Part shown: positions 25,801 to 35,061 of the stretch, piece after piece
How positions within the stretch are numbered: position 1 is the stretch's first letter
How the letters are laid out: each line of letters begins with the position of its first letter
Origin: Anaerolineae bacterium
Lineage (GTDB): Bacteria > Chloroflexota > Anaerolineae > B4-G1 > DUEL01
DNA: 64,000 nucleotides
Assembly (NCBI GenBank): GCA_016931695.1
Contig: JAFGEI010000023.1
Span: forward strand, 5,328 to 69,327
Direction of reading: 5' to 3'
Translations under genes and position numbers: made by a program
The notes under the pieces: generated by a model
Databases searched by the model: none
What the model was told of the DNA's origin: nothing
The model's input: the letters and a program-made list of their open reading frames with translations, nothing else

Positions 25801-26030
25801 GTCCTGCCATTCCTCGAGATCCCGGCCCGTTGCCCGTGTTCTATCCAACCGCCCTCTCCCGGCGCGGTGCGCGAAAGCGGCGTAAAAGTCGGCGAGGGTG
25901 TCGGCGTGGCGCTGGGTGAGCGGCGGGAAGATGGGATGAAAGAAATGAACACTCCCACCACCATGCTGACGACAACGAGCAGGCTAATGATCCAAAAGAT
26001 GCGCTGGGCACTCGATTTTTTACGTGTCAC
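25797..26030 (-). CDS. possible small membrane protein (77 aa) translationally coupled to glgA
   Basis: GTG start preceded by AGGAGA at 4 nt (MTRKKSSAQRIFWIISLLVVVSMVVGVFISFIPS…), with an N-in TM helix. Its TGA stop overlaps the glgA ATG (ATGA). The 5' half is AT-richer than the flanks. The Pro/Thr-rich tail could be a GC-frame artefact. Confidence 0.4.
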   Translation of the reverse strand: MTRKKSSAQRIFWIISLLVVVSMVVGVFISFIPSSRRSPSATPTPSPTFTPLSRTAPGEGGWIEHGQRAGISRNGRT

Positions 26031-26382
26031 AATTTCTCCTTGTGCCGCTCATTTCTCTCGGCGCGGGTTGTGGGATTGGCACCATTGCCACTTCCGGTTC
26101 CAAAGGTGCCGGTTTCGGGCCTGGAATTCGCTTTCAGCCGTGGAATTCCGTGGCGGGAATGACGCCGCCCCCAAAACACCAGGCTCCAGGTCGTATTATA
26201 GCACAGAGGGCGGCAACGACAACCAAAAAGGAAGGAGGTGTTCGAGGCAAATCCCGCCCAGTGGGCGAGAACGGCGAGGTAAAAACTGCTTTGGCTTCGA
26301 AATCCCATCGCCCCTGTCACTTGCGTGGGGAGCAAGGTGGGATAGAATGGGCCAACCGACGCATTTCTTGCAGGAGGCTGTT

Positions 26383-27915
26383 ATGACCCAGTTCATCATT
26401 GCCCACGACGTGGGCACCAGTGGCAACAAGGCGGTCCTGGTCGATACCGCCGGCGCCGTGCGGGCCACCGCTTTTGCTCCCTATCCAATTCACTATCCCC
26501 GCCCGGATTGGGCGGAACAGGAGCCGGAGGACTGGTGGAACGCTGCCGCCGCCACGACGCGCCAGATCATGGCCCAGGCCGCCGTCTCGCCCAGCGACAT
26601 CCTCTGCGTGGTGCACGCCACCCAGATGCTGGGCATCGTTCCGATGGGCCGCGACGGCCGGCCTCTGCGCCGGGCGATCATCTGGCTCGACGGGCGGGCC
26701 TCGGAGCAGGCGACGCGCATCATGCGCAAGTTCCTGGGACCGCGGGTCTTTGCCGCCCTTGCCGGGGCCGAGATCGGCGGCAAGGACGGCATCGCCAAGC
26801 TGCTGTGGCTCAAGGAGAACGAACCCCAGGTCTATGACGGCATGGCCTGTTTCCTCGACGTCAATGGCTATCTCACCTACCGCGCCAGCGGGCGCATGGT
26901 TTTCGAGTGGTCCTGCGCCTCCGCTTTTGGTTTTGATCTGAAGAAAAAGGACTGGCTGCGCTTTATCTTTCAGTACGTCGGACTCGACCTGTCCAAGTTC
27001 CCCCCCCTGGTGCGGGCGATCGACCAGGTGGGGACGCTAACCGCGGCGGCGGCCCAGGACTGTGGGCTGCTGGAGGGCACGCCTGTCTTTGGCGGCGGCG
27101 GTGACGCGCAGGGAGCGGCGGTCGGTTCGGGGGCCGTGGAGGAGGGAGAGGGCCACATCTCTCTCGGCACCTCCGGCTGGGTTGGCGTCGTCACCCGCCA
27201 GACCCCCACCGGGCGCCACGGCGTCGCCGCCATCCAGGCCGTCGACCCCGACAAGGCGTTTCTCTTCTCCGAGATGGAGACTGCCGGCGCGTGCCTAAAG
27301 TGGATCGCCGACGAGTTCTACCGCCACGAACAGGCCGACCCCAATATCCCGAACGTCTATGCGCTGATGGATCAGGACGTAGAGACCATCCCCCCCGGGT
27401 CCGACTACCTGGTCTTTACGCCGTGGATGTACGGCGAACGGTCTCCGGTCGCCGATACGTGGGTGCGGTCGACCTTTTTCAACATGAGCGCCGATCACAG
27501 CCGCGAGCACCTGCTGCGCGCGGTCTACGAAGGGGTAGCCTATAACCTGCGCTGGATGCTCGAGATCGTGGAGGACAAGTTTGGCTTTCCCCTGCCGCTG
27601 CTGCGGGTGATCGGTGGCGGCGCGCGGGGATGGCCGTGGATGCAGATCATTGCCGACGTGACCGGCCGGCGGGTGGAAACGGTGGCCCAACCCCAGGAGG
27701 CGGGGGCAGTGGGGATCGCCCTCGCCGCCGGGGTAGGGCTGGGTCTCTATCCGGATTTCCGTTCGTTGAAGGACATTGTTCGCGTCGAGCGGACCTTTGA
27801 GCCGCAGGTGGACCATCGTCCCGTCTACGACGTGTTGTACGCTGCCTATCGTCGTCTTTATTCTTCGCTGCGCCGTCTCTACCGTGACGTCAACGAGGTG
27901 CGCTTCCGTATTTAG
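26383..27915 (+). CDS. FGGY-family carbohydrate kinase (xylulokinase/gluconokinase-like)
   Basis: Start at ATG 26383 after caggagg (MTQFIIAHDVGTSGNKAVLVD…). FGGY N- and C-terminal domains (…GTSGW…, …GGGARGWPWMQIIADV…). Confidence 0.8.
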   Translation: MTQFIIAHDVGTSGNKAVLVDTAGAVRATAFAPYPIHYPRPDWAEQEPEDWWNAAAATTRQIMAQAAVSPSDILCVVHATQMLGIVPMGRDGRPLRRAIIWLDGRASEQATRIMRKFLGPRVFAALAGAEIGGKDGIAKLLWLKENEPQVYDGMACFLDVNGYLTYRASGRMVFEWSCASAFGFDLKKKDWLRFIFQYVGLDLSKFPPLVRAIDQVGTLTAAAAQDCGLLEGTPVFGGGGDAQGAAVGSGAVEEGEGHISLGTSGWVGVVTRQTPTGRHGVAAIQAVDPDKAFLFSEMETAGACLKWIADEFYRHEQADPNIPNVYALMDQDVETIPPGSDYLVFTPWMYGERSPVADTWVRSTFFNMSADHSREHLLRAVYEGVAYNLRWMLEIVEDKFGFPLPLLRVIGGGARGWPWMQIIADVTGRRVETVAQPQEAGAVGIALAAGVGLGLYPDFRSLKDIVRVERTFEPQVDHRPVYDVLYAAYRRLYSSLRRLYRDVNEVRFRI

Positions 27916-28178
27916 TGGTATAATATGGATCGGTGCTACTTGTGGAAACGAGTGACAAGCTAGTACATCGCGGCCGAAATGAGCAGCCAGTTCTTGCTCA
28001 GAGGGGAGCGTCAGATCCCCGTCGGGAACGCCGACTTGGCCGCTTGCCGGGGCCTGTGGCCCGGATTCCTGCAAATCCGCGGGGACAGGGGAATCCAGGC
28101 CAGGCATAGAACCGGCGGGGTATTTTCGCCTGCGTGTACTAGCCAAAAGGCCATGCGCTATTTCAAAGGAGAGATGAA

Positions 28179-29828
28179 ATGAAAAAGAACCAATGGTTTG
28201 TGCGACTGCAACTGCCGCTTGCACTTATCATCGGCCTGTCTTTTGCTCTGGTTGTGGCCATGGGGGGCTTGCGCGCCCCGGCCCAGGCCGGTCCCCCAAG
28301 CCCCTGGCAGTTGGTCCCCATCAGCACCGACCCCGACTTTAACGCCCTGGACGTCCCGATCGACAGCAGCGTCAGGGTCACCTTCACCGAGGCGATCTCG
28401 CTTCCCACTGTGGACGTCACCACCTTTGCCGTGCACGGCAGCCAGGGGCCTGTGTACGACGGCGTCTACAGTCTGGAAAATGGCGACCGGACGGTCGTCC
28501 TGGACCCGGATCGAAATTTCTATCCTGGCGAGGTTATCCGGGCCTCTGCCACGACCGGCATCCTCGGCAGCGGTGGGGACCCGGTCCAGGTTCCCTACAC
28601 CTGGCAGTTCTGGGTCGAGACGGAAGGGGACAGCGCGCGGTATGGCCTGGTGGGCGCGCTCTTTGGCGCCAACGACAAGTGGACGGACGCGATCGCTATC
28701 GGTGACATGGACGGCGACGGCGACCTCGACGTGATCGCCGGAAACGCCTACTATCAAAACGTTATCTACTTTAACGGCGGGGCGGGTAACTTTTACGTGG
28801 GGCAAAACCCCTGTGAACAGTCTCCGATCCCTGAGGGCGTTCACTGCTTCAGCGGCAGCGGCGACGCCACGCGCAGCCTGGTTTTGGGTGACATTGAGAA
28901 CGACGGCGACCTGGACGTGGTTGTCGGCAACAACGGCGACCAGAATCTCATCCACGTCAACGATGGTGCGGGGAACATGGATGCGTCCCGCGTCGTCAGC
29001 CCCGAACCCAATTTTACCATCGCCGTTGCCATGGGAGACGTCAATGGCGACGGGTACCTGGATATCGCCGTTGCCAACAGGGGCAATGACGATCCGAACA
29101 TGATCTATTTCAACGACGGCGACGGCACTTTTAATACCACGTTCTATCCACTGGGATCGGGAGCGGGGGATACCCACGATTCCTATGCCATTGCCCTGGG
29201 CGACCTGGACGGCGACGGCGACCTGGACGCGGTCGTCGGCAACATTGGCGCTGACCCCGACATGATCTATATCAACGACGGCGTCGGCAACCCCTACGAC
29301 ATCGTTTCTTACCCTTTTAACAGCAGCGTCGATACAACGCACGCTCTTGCCCTCGGCGACATGGACGGCGACGGCGACCTGGATATCGTCGCCGGCAAGA
29401 ACGGGCAGCGGAACGCGATCTATTACAACGACGGCGGCGCCTCGTTCGACGCGCCCCATTTTGCCTTTGGGGCCTCTTCCGATTACACCCTGGGTGTCGC
29501 CCTGGGCGACCTGGATGGGGACGGCGACCTGGACGTGGTGGTCGCCAACGATGGCGGGCAGAACGCGGTCTATTTGAACGATGGCCACGGTGTCCTGGCG
29601 CGCCATCCCCTGTTCTATGGCACCGGCCACGACAACAGTTGGAGCGTCGCCCTCGGCGACCTCGACGACGACGGCGACCTCGACGCGGCGGTCGGCAATG
29701 CCGGGACCGCTGGACTGGGCCAGAACTTTATCTACCGGAACCGCCAGGCGGTCTATTTGCCCCTGGTCGTGCGTGACCTGACCCGCTTTGTGGTCTATAT
29801 GCCGCTCATCAAGCAGGTCTCCCCGTAG
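28179..29828 (+). CDS. secreted FG-GAP/VCBS-repeat (integrin-alpha-like beta-propeller) protein with N-terminal Ig-like domain
   Basis: RBS ggagagatgaa-ATG. Signal peptide (MKKNQWFVRLQLPLALIIGLSFALVVAMGG). Seven or more repeats of …ALGD(L/M)DGDGDLD(V/A)VVGN… . Confidence 0.8.
   Translation: MKKNQWFVRLQLPLALIIGLSFALVVAMGGLRAPAQAGPPSPWQLVPISTDPDFNALDVPIDSSVRVTFTEAISLPTVDVTTFAVHGSQGPVYDGVYSLENGDRTVVLDPDRNFYPGEVIRASATTGILGSGGDPVQVPYTWQFWVETEGDSARYGLVGALFGANDKWTDAIAIGDMDGDGDLDVIAGNAYYQNVIYFNGGAGNFYVGQNPCEQSPIPEGVHCFSGSGDATRSLVLGDIENDGDLDVVVGNNGDQNLIHVNDGAGNMDASRVVSPEPNFTIAVAMGDVNGDGYLDIAVANRGNDDPNMIYFNDGDGTFNTTFYPLGSGAGDTHDSYAIALGDLDGDGDLDAVVGNIGADPDMIYINDGVGNPYDIVSYPFNSSVDTTHALALGDMDGDGDLDIVAGKNGQRNAIYYNDGGASFDAPHFAFGASSDYTLGVALGDLDGDGDLDVVVANDGGQNAVYLNDGHGVLARHPLFYGTGHDNSWSVALGDLDDDGDLDAAVGNAGTAGLGQNFIYRNRQAVYLPLVVRDLTRFVVYMPLIKQVSP
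28690..29710 (+). repeat. intragenic near-identical DNA repeats (ggcgacctggacggcgacggcgacctggac-like units) encoding the FG-GAP calcium-binding loops
   Basis: The motif recurs at about 29200, 29350, 29500 and 29650 with 150-bp periodicity. Confidence 0.5.
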
Positions 29829-29881
29829 CGATTTGCCGCTCTCGCTGGGGGAGAGATCGCGGCGTCGTTGCCCGAAAACAA

Positions 29882-29909
29882 GATGCCCGGCGCTCGAGCG
29901 CCGGGCATC
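29882..29909. terminator. perfect 28-nt palindrome between convergent genes (bidirectional terminator candidate)
   Basis: gatgcccggcgctcgagcgccgggcatc, between the FG-GAP gene end (29828) and the DUF1232 gene end (29938). Confidence 0.5.
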
Positions 29910-29937
29910 TGCTGCCCAATGCCGGTGGGGTTTGAAC

Positions 29938-30411
29938 CTATTCTGCTGCCTCGGCGATCGTTTCTTCGCCCCCGGTGTCCTCTTCCTGTTCCACGTCCCT
30001 TGCCGCTTCATCTTCGACGGTAAACTCGCCTTCGATGACGGGGGGCTCCTCACCGGCGGGCCACTCGCCGATCTTGGCGCCCAGCGCCCGCAGGTGTTCG
30101 CGAACCACCTCCGTCGGGCTCAGTTCGATGAACAGCTTGGTGCTGAGCAGCAGCACCGCGACGTCGTCGAGCTGGCCCAGGCCCAACAGAAAGTCGGGGA
30201 CAATGTCTGGCGGGAGAAAGAGGTAGGCCAATGCTCCCGGCAGGATGAGCTTGAGGCCCCAGGGCACGCGGGGATCAAAGTACAGCCGCCATGCCAGGCG
30301 AACCTGGCGCACCAACTCTTCCAGCCAGGCCAGGATCACGTTGACGTTTTCAGGCTTGGCGGGGAGCGGTTTCTGATCGGATGGGACAGGCACCGATTGT
30401 TTGCGCATCAT
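29938..30411 (-). CDS. DUF1232 (YkvA-like) domain membrane protein
   Basis: Start at the ATG-ATG pair at 30411/30408 after GAGGAG. …DIVPDFLLGLGQLDDVAVLLLS… matches the DUF1232 core. Acidic C-terminal tail. Confidence 0.65.
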   Translation of the reverse strand: MMRKQSVPVPSDQKPLPAKPENVNVILAWLEELVRQVRLAWRLYFDPRVPWGLKLILPGALAYLFLPPDIVPDFLLGLGQLDDVAVLLLSTKLFIELSPTEVVREHLRALGAKIGEWPAGEEPPVIEGEFTVEDEAARDVEQEEDTGGEETIAEAAE

Positions 30412-30442
30412 TCTGCTCCTCGTACATCTTGCTCGATCCAGC

Positions 30443-31624
30443 TCATATTGCAGGGGAATTATAGTCGGCTTTGCGAGAATCAGCAACTGTAGGGGAAGGT
30501 GTGTGTTTGCCGCCGATTTCTTCCCTGGGCGGCAGCATCTCCAGCAGGGCCAGCAGTCCGCCGCCCACGACCGACTGCCCGCCCATCAGGATCGGGGTAT
30601 CGCTCTCGCCCACGGCGCGGGAGAAACGTCGCAGGAACGGGTTCTGAACCGCTTCCCAGCGCAGCAGGTCGGCATAGTAGCGGTCGGAAGCGGAGGGCCA
30701 CAGCCCGCGCGCTGCCAGCAGCACGCGGTTGTCGAACAACACCGCGTCAGCCAGCGCGGACAATTCCGCCACAAATCCCTCGACGCCCACCTGGTAGAGG
30801 AAATCGGCCAGCAGGCTGCGCACCTCTCCCCGTCCCATGCGGCCGCTGGCAATCATCCCCCGTTCCTCGACAAAAAAGCGCACGTAACAGCGGGTTCTTT
30901 GCTCCAGGGCGGCCCAAACCGCAGCGGAGGAGCGGCCGATCACGGCCAGCTTCCCGCCTTCCTGGCTCATCACCTGCTGCGCCCGCTCGACCGGGGCGGC
31001 GGGCCATTCCAGTCCGTCCAGCGCCGCTCGCAGGTGCGCGCCGATCCGCGGGCAGGCGCGGGCGATGAGGAGGTCGGTAGGCGTGTCGAGGTCGAACCGG
31101 CTGGCGGCGGAGGGGGCGAGCGCCGAGACCGGCAGGCCGGCATTGTCGGCCAGCGACCAGGCCAGGCCATTGTCCCGCTCCTGGGCGGCGACGATAGGCA
31201 GCCATTCGGCGGGGGAGCGCAGGGCGACCCAATCGGAAGAATGGAGGTTGTTGGTCACCGCCATCGTTTCCGCGTCGGAAAACCGCCCCAGCGCCCGGCG
31301 CCAGTCGTCGCCGCTCATCAGGGGGGCGGCGCCGCCCCCGGCGTAGAGGATGGCCGGTGCAGCGTAGCGGCGGATCAATCCCGCCAGGCGGCGGCCAAAA
31401 TGGAACGGCTGATCCGGGGCGTCGACGTCCACCTCGAGCGGCAGGTGTGCCAGCCGAGCGGCCCAGCCCGGGTCGTCGGTCGCGACCACGGCCCGAGCGA
31501 CGACCCCGGCCTGCAGCAGGACCTCGGCCAGGTCGGCAGCGGCGGCCTGGCGGGCGCAGCAGACTGCCTGCTCCACCGCGCTCTCTCCTCCTCCTCCGAC
31601 CAACAGGAAAAGTGTCAACTGCAC
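30443..31624 (-). CDS. hypothetical protein, N-terminal nucleotidyltransferase-like (DUF2064/CofC/MobA-like) region
   Basis: Start uncertain: GTG 31624 after ggagaaag, or TTG 31642. The …FDLDTPTDLL… motif resembles the D-x-D-T-P-x-DL end of the MobA-like fold. The rest is Ala/Gly-rich. Confidence 0.45.
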   Translation of the reverse strand: MQLTLFLLVGGGGESAVEQAVCCARQAAAADLAEVLLQAGVVARAVVATDDPGWAARLAHLPLEVDVDAPDQPFHFGRRLAGLIRRYAAPAILYAGGGAAPLMSGDDWRRALGRFSDAETMAVTNNLHSSDWVALRSPAEWLPIVAAQERDNGLAWSLADNAGLPVSALAPSAASRFDLDTPTDLLIARACPRIGAHLRAALDGLEWPAAPVERAQQVMSQEGGKLAVIGRSSAAVWAALEQRTRCYVRFFVEERGMIASGRMGRGEVRSLLADFLYQVGVEGFVAELSALADAVLFDNRVLLAARGLWPSASDRYYADLLRWEAVQNPFLRRFSRAVGESDTPILMGGQSVVGGGLLALLEMLPPREEIGGKHTPSPTVADSRKADYNSPAI

Positions 31625-31729
31625 GTTGCTTTCTCCCACCAATGCACTGCCAAGGTATAGAATCTACCGCTAACGAACAAGGGGCCCGGCATCGCCAGGC
31701 CCCCCAGCAAAAAAAGCCCTTTGCACCGT

Positions 31730-32263
31730 TCAGGCAATCTCGGGTACGATCAGCCCATAGCCGCCATCCCTGCGGCGGTAGGCCACGTTGATGCCTCCTT
31801 GCTCCCCGTCGAGAAAGACAAAGAACTGGTGACCCAACAGCTCCATCTGCTCGATCGCCTCTTGAGCGGACATGGGCAGCACTTCAAAGCGCTTTACCCG
31901 CACGATTTCCACGGGTGGAAGGGTGTCTTCCGCTGGCATGTTCTCTTCCATTCCCCGCTGCCGGCGGTCCTGCTGCCGGTTCTTGTAACGAGAAATCTGC
32001 CGCCGCATCTTGTCCAGCGTTGCGTCGATTGCGGTGAACATGTCCGCTCCCCGTTCCTCAGCCCGTAGCATCGTGCCGTGAATCCAGATTGTCAACTGGG
32101 CGACTTGACGGTGCGCGTTGGAGCGGGTGTTCTCTACAACCAACTCCATTCGTGCCTCTTCGATGTTGGAGATGTACCGTTCCAACTTTTCGATTTTTTG
32201 TTCGACATATTCTTGCAAGCGTGGGGTAATCTCCAGATTTCGCGCAACCAATTGGACTTGCAT
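31730..32263 (-). CDS. hpf: ribosome hibernation-promoting factor (long form)
   Basis: 177 aa, RBS aggaggtaagg. The MQVQLVARNLEITPRLQEYVEQKIEKLERY… N-terminal RaiA domain plus a C-terminal dimerisation domain. Confidence 0.85.
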   Translation of the reverse strand: MQVQLVARNLEITPRLQEYVEQKIEKLERYISNIEEARMELVVENTRSNAHRQVAQLTIWIHGTMLRAEERGADMFTAIDATLDKMRRQISRYKNRQQDRRQRGMEENMPAEDTLPPVEIVRVKRFEVLPMSAQEAIEQMELLGHQFFVFLDGEQGGINVAYRRRDGGYGLIVPEIA

Positions 32264-32296
32264 ATTCCTTACCTCCTAAAAGAGATTTGATCCCCC

Positions 32297-33016
32297 TCAC
32301 GGCGCTCGTGCTAACGTCAGCGCCCATACTGCTGCGGCCCCTTTCGAGTGCAGGGCGTCAGCGCAGGCCTCCAGCGTCGCGCCAGTGGTGCAGACGTCGT
32401 CCAGCAGCAGGACCTTTTGGCCCGCAACGCGGTCGTCGCTGCACTGGAATGCGTCCTGGACGTTTCGGCGGCGGTCCGCCGCACTGAGGCGCATCTGGGA
32501 AGCGGTCGCGCGCACGCGCAAAAGGGCTTTTTCGTTGACTGGCAGCCCAATTTTCCTTCCCAGTTCCCGCGCCAGGAGCGCGGCCTGGTTATAGCCGCGC
32601 TGGCGCAGGCGGCTGGGGTGCAGGGGTACGGGCACAATGACGTTCACGGGCAGGGGGTGTTCCTCCCAATACATCCGCAACAGCCCGCCCAGCGGTTCGG
32701 CCAACTGCCGTCCCTGGCGGTACTTGAGGCGGTGGATCGCTTCGCGTGCCGGGCCGTCGAACAACAGCGCCGACCGGATCCCGTCGAGCCGCAGCGGGGT
32801 TTGTGCACAGCGCGGGCAGAGTTCGCCTGCTTGGATGGGCAGTCCGCAGCGGGTGCAGATCGTCCCGTCGAGCCAGGGGAGCTGTGGAACACAAGCGGGG
32901 CACAGCCAGGTATCCATCCGCCGGCAGACCATGCAGCGCGGCGGAAAGAGTAAATTGACCAGGAAACGGGCGAGTGATTCCCGCGATGACAAGACGCGCG
33001 GCTCACTAGGGGACAC
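32297..33016 (-). CDS. comFC: ComF family protein (competence; phosphoribosyltransferase-like with N-terminal zinc finger)
   Basis: C4 zinc ribbon (CMVCRR…CPACV…CTRCG…CPRC) and PRTase motif …KVLLLDDVCTTGATL…. Confidence 0.8.
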   Translation of the reverse strand: MSPSEPRVLSSRESLARFLVNLLFPPRCMVCRRMDTWLCPACVPQLPWLDGTICTRCGLPIQAGELCPRCAQTPLRLDGIRSALLFDGPAREAIHRLKYRQGRQLAEPLGGLLRMYWEEHPLPVNVIVPVPLHPSRLRQRGYNQAALLARELGRKIGLPVNEKALLRVRATASQMRLSAADRRRNVQDAFQCSDDRVAGQKVLLLDDVCTTGATLEACADALHSKGAAAVWALTLARAP

Positions 33017-33049
33017 GCCATGCTCCTTAATGGGCTCGCTGCTTCAATG

Positions 33050-33994
33050 TTAGAATAGCATACCCGACAGTGCGCTGTTCTTGAGCGTGATCGCCGCCGG
33101 CCCCAGCAAGACGATGAACAAGGAGGGAAAGATCAGGAAGGCAATCGGCAGCATCAGCTTGACGGGGGCCTTGCGCGCTTCTTCCTCCGCTCGCAGGCGG
33201 CGGCGCACCCGCATCTCGTTGGACTGGATGCGCAGCACCTTGGCGATACTGACGCCCAACTGGTCAGCCTGGATGATTGCCGCGATGAAGGTGGAGACGT
33301 CAGAGACGTCGACGTTGTCCGCCATTGCGCGGAGCGCTTCGCGGCGGACCTTGCCCAACTGGATCTCTTGCAAGACCTTGGCAAAAGAGTTGCTGAGCTC
33401 ATTGTCCCACTTTTCGACGACCTTGAACATCGCCTGGTCGAAACCGAGGCCCGCCTCGACGCAGATGGTGAGCAGGTCGAGGGCATCCGGCAGTGCCTTG
33501 CGAATCTCGTCCTGCCGGGTCCTGATCTTGGAGCCCAACCACAAGACGGGCAAAAAAGCTCCCAACAACGTGCCGCTGGGGATCAGGAGGAACTTTTGCC
33601 AGATCGGAATGCCCCTGGCTGGCAACAGGGAGACGACCAGGGCAACGCCAATACCGGCTGCCAGAACGTAGCGCACGGCGACGAAAATAGTCGGCTCGAT
33701 GCGGTGCGCCAGGCCACCGATCTCGAGCTTTTGGCGAGTCCGCTCGATGGTTTGGGCGGGCGTCATCCGCCCGATGAATCCGGCAAGATTTCTCAGTAGC
33801 GGCGCCAGGATGCGCTCGCTAAAGGGCATCGACAGTTCGATCTCTTCCAACGTCGGCGGCCGGTCCATTGCCCCCAGCTCTGCCAGCCGGTCCTCCAGCG
33901 AATCCTCTGCACTGGGAGCGCGCATACCGATGAGGACCAGCACAATGCCGCCAATCAATACCGCTCCCAAAATGATGATCACAGTTGTTGTCAT
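33050..33994 (-). CDS. tadC: type II secretion system F family protein (Flp pilus assembly TadC)
   Basis: Start at ATG 33994 after ggtggga (MTTTVIIILGAVLIGG…). T2SSF domain. The upstream 59 codons of the track ORF are rejected. Confidence 0.75.
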   Translation of the reverse strand: MTTTVIIILGAVLIGGIVLVLIGMRAPSAEDSLEDRLAELGAMDRPPTLEEIELSMPFSERILAPLLRNLAGFIGRMTPAQTIERTRQKLEIGGLAHRIEPTIFVAVRYVLAAGIGVALVVSLLPARGIPIWQKFLLIPSGTLLGAFLPVLWLGSKIRTRQDEIRKALPDALDLLTICVEAGLGFDQAMFKVVEKWDNELSNSFAKVLQEIQLGKVRREALRAMADNVDVSDVSTFIAAIIQADQLGVSIAKVLRIQSNEMRVRRRLRAEEEARKAPVKLMLPIAFLIFPSLFIVLLGPAAITLKNSALSGMLF

Positions 33995-34083
33995 TTCCCA
34001 CCGCCTTCCCGCAACACCCACAAACTCCCGCTTTGCGCGCTCGGGAGAGCACTCGGAGGCGACTCGCCGAGTGGTTACGTTCC

Positions 34084-35040
34084 CTATACGTCGATATCCA
34101 CGATTTTGCGAATGACCATGAACCCGGCAAAGATTCCCCCTACCGCTACGGCGATCATGATCCATCCACAAGGGTCCTCGACCAGCTGCATGATAAAGCT
34201 GGGGTTGATCAGGTAGATGAAAAAAGTAAGGGCGACCGGCATAAAGCTGATCAAGTAGCCAGAGTAACGGCCCTGGGCCGTGAGGGCCCTGACCTCGCCC
34301 TTGATGCGCACGCGCTCGCGAATCGTAAAGTTGATCGCGTCCAATACCTCGGCCAGGTTGCCGCCGACCTCGCGCTGGACGTTGATCGCCGTGATCATCA
34401 GGTCGAGGTCCTCCGAGGGAATACGCCGGACCATGTTCATCATCGCCTGCTCGACCGATAGGCCGAGCTGCACTTCCTTGACGACCCGCTGGAACTCTTC
34501 GCTGATCGGCGCCGGCATCTCACGCGCGACGGCCTCCATTGCCTGCAGCACGCTGTAGCCAGCGCGGATCGAGTTGACCATCAGGTTGATCGTGTCTGCC
34601 AATTGGCTGTCAAAGGTGTTGAGCCGTCTCGACTTGGAGATGGAAACGTACCAGCGGGGAACAAAGAAGCCGATCACCCCGGCGACGAGGGCGACGATGA
34701 TGCCGCGGAAGAGAAAACCGATTACGGCAAAGAGAATGATACAGATCACGGTCGCCGCCAGGAACTCGCCGGCGGTCATTTTGAGGTTGGCGCCGGACAG
34801 TTGGGTGCGGATGTTGTTGGCAAAGCCGCGCTTTTCCAGCGCCTCGTCGAGTCGGTCGCCCAGCAGCGACTTGCGATCGCTCTCGGTTTTGCGCCTTTCC
34901 TCCACGATGGCCTGGGCGTCGGCATAGCGATCCAGGCGCTCGCTGACGTCGTCCCGGCCGCCCCGGACGATGGTGATGACCGCGTAGACAATGGCTCCGA
35001 GGAAAAGCGCCCCCGCCACGTACAAAAGAATCGTGTCCAT
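34084..35040 (-). CDS. tadB: type II secretion system F family protein (Flp pilus assembly TadB)
   Basis: 318 aa, three TM segments, T2SSF domain. Confidence 0.8.
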   Translation of the reverse strand: MDTILLYVAGALFLGAIVYAVITIVRGGRDDVSERLDRYADAQAIVEERRKTESDRKSLLGDRLDEALEKRGFANNIRTQLSGANLKMTAGEFLAATVICIILFAVIGFLFRGIIVALVAGVIGFFVPRWYVSISKSRRLNTFDSQLADTINLMVNSIRAGYSVLQAMEAVAREMPAPISEEFQRVVKEVQLGLSVEQAMMNMVRRIPSEDLDLMITAINVQREVGGNLAEVLDAINFTIRERVRIKGEVRALTAQGRYSGYLISFMPVALTFFIYLINPSFIMQLVEDPCGWIMIAVAVGGIFAGFMVIRKIVDIDV

Positions 35041-35061
35041 CCCACTACCTCCTGGGAATCA

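Noticed and set aside
24343-25848. Longer glgA starting at 25848
   Set aside because: That start also has an SD-like GGGAGAGGG, but it would put the conserved GGLADV motif about 38 residues from the N-terminus instead of the usual 20. The 25800 start gives the canonical GlgA N-terminus and the ATGA coupling with the small upstream ORF. It remains a possible alternative.
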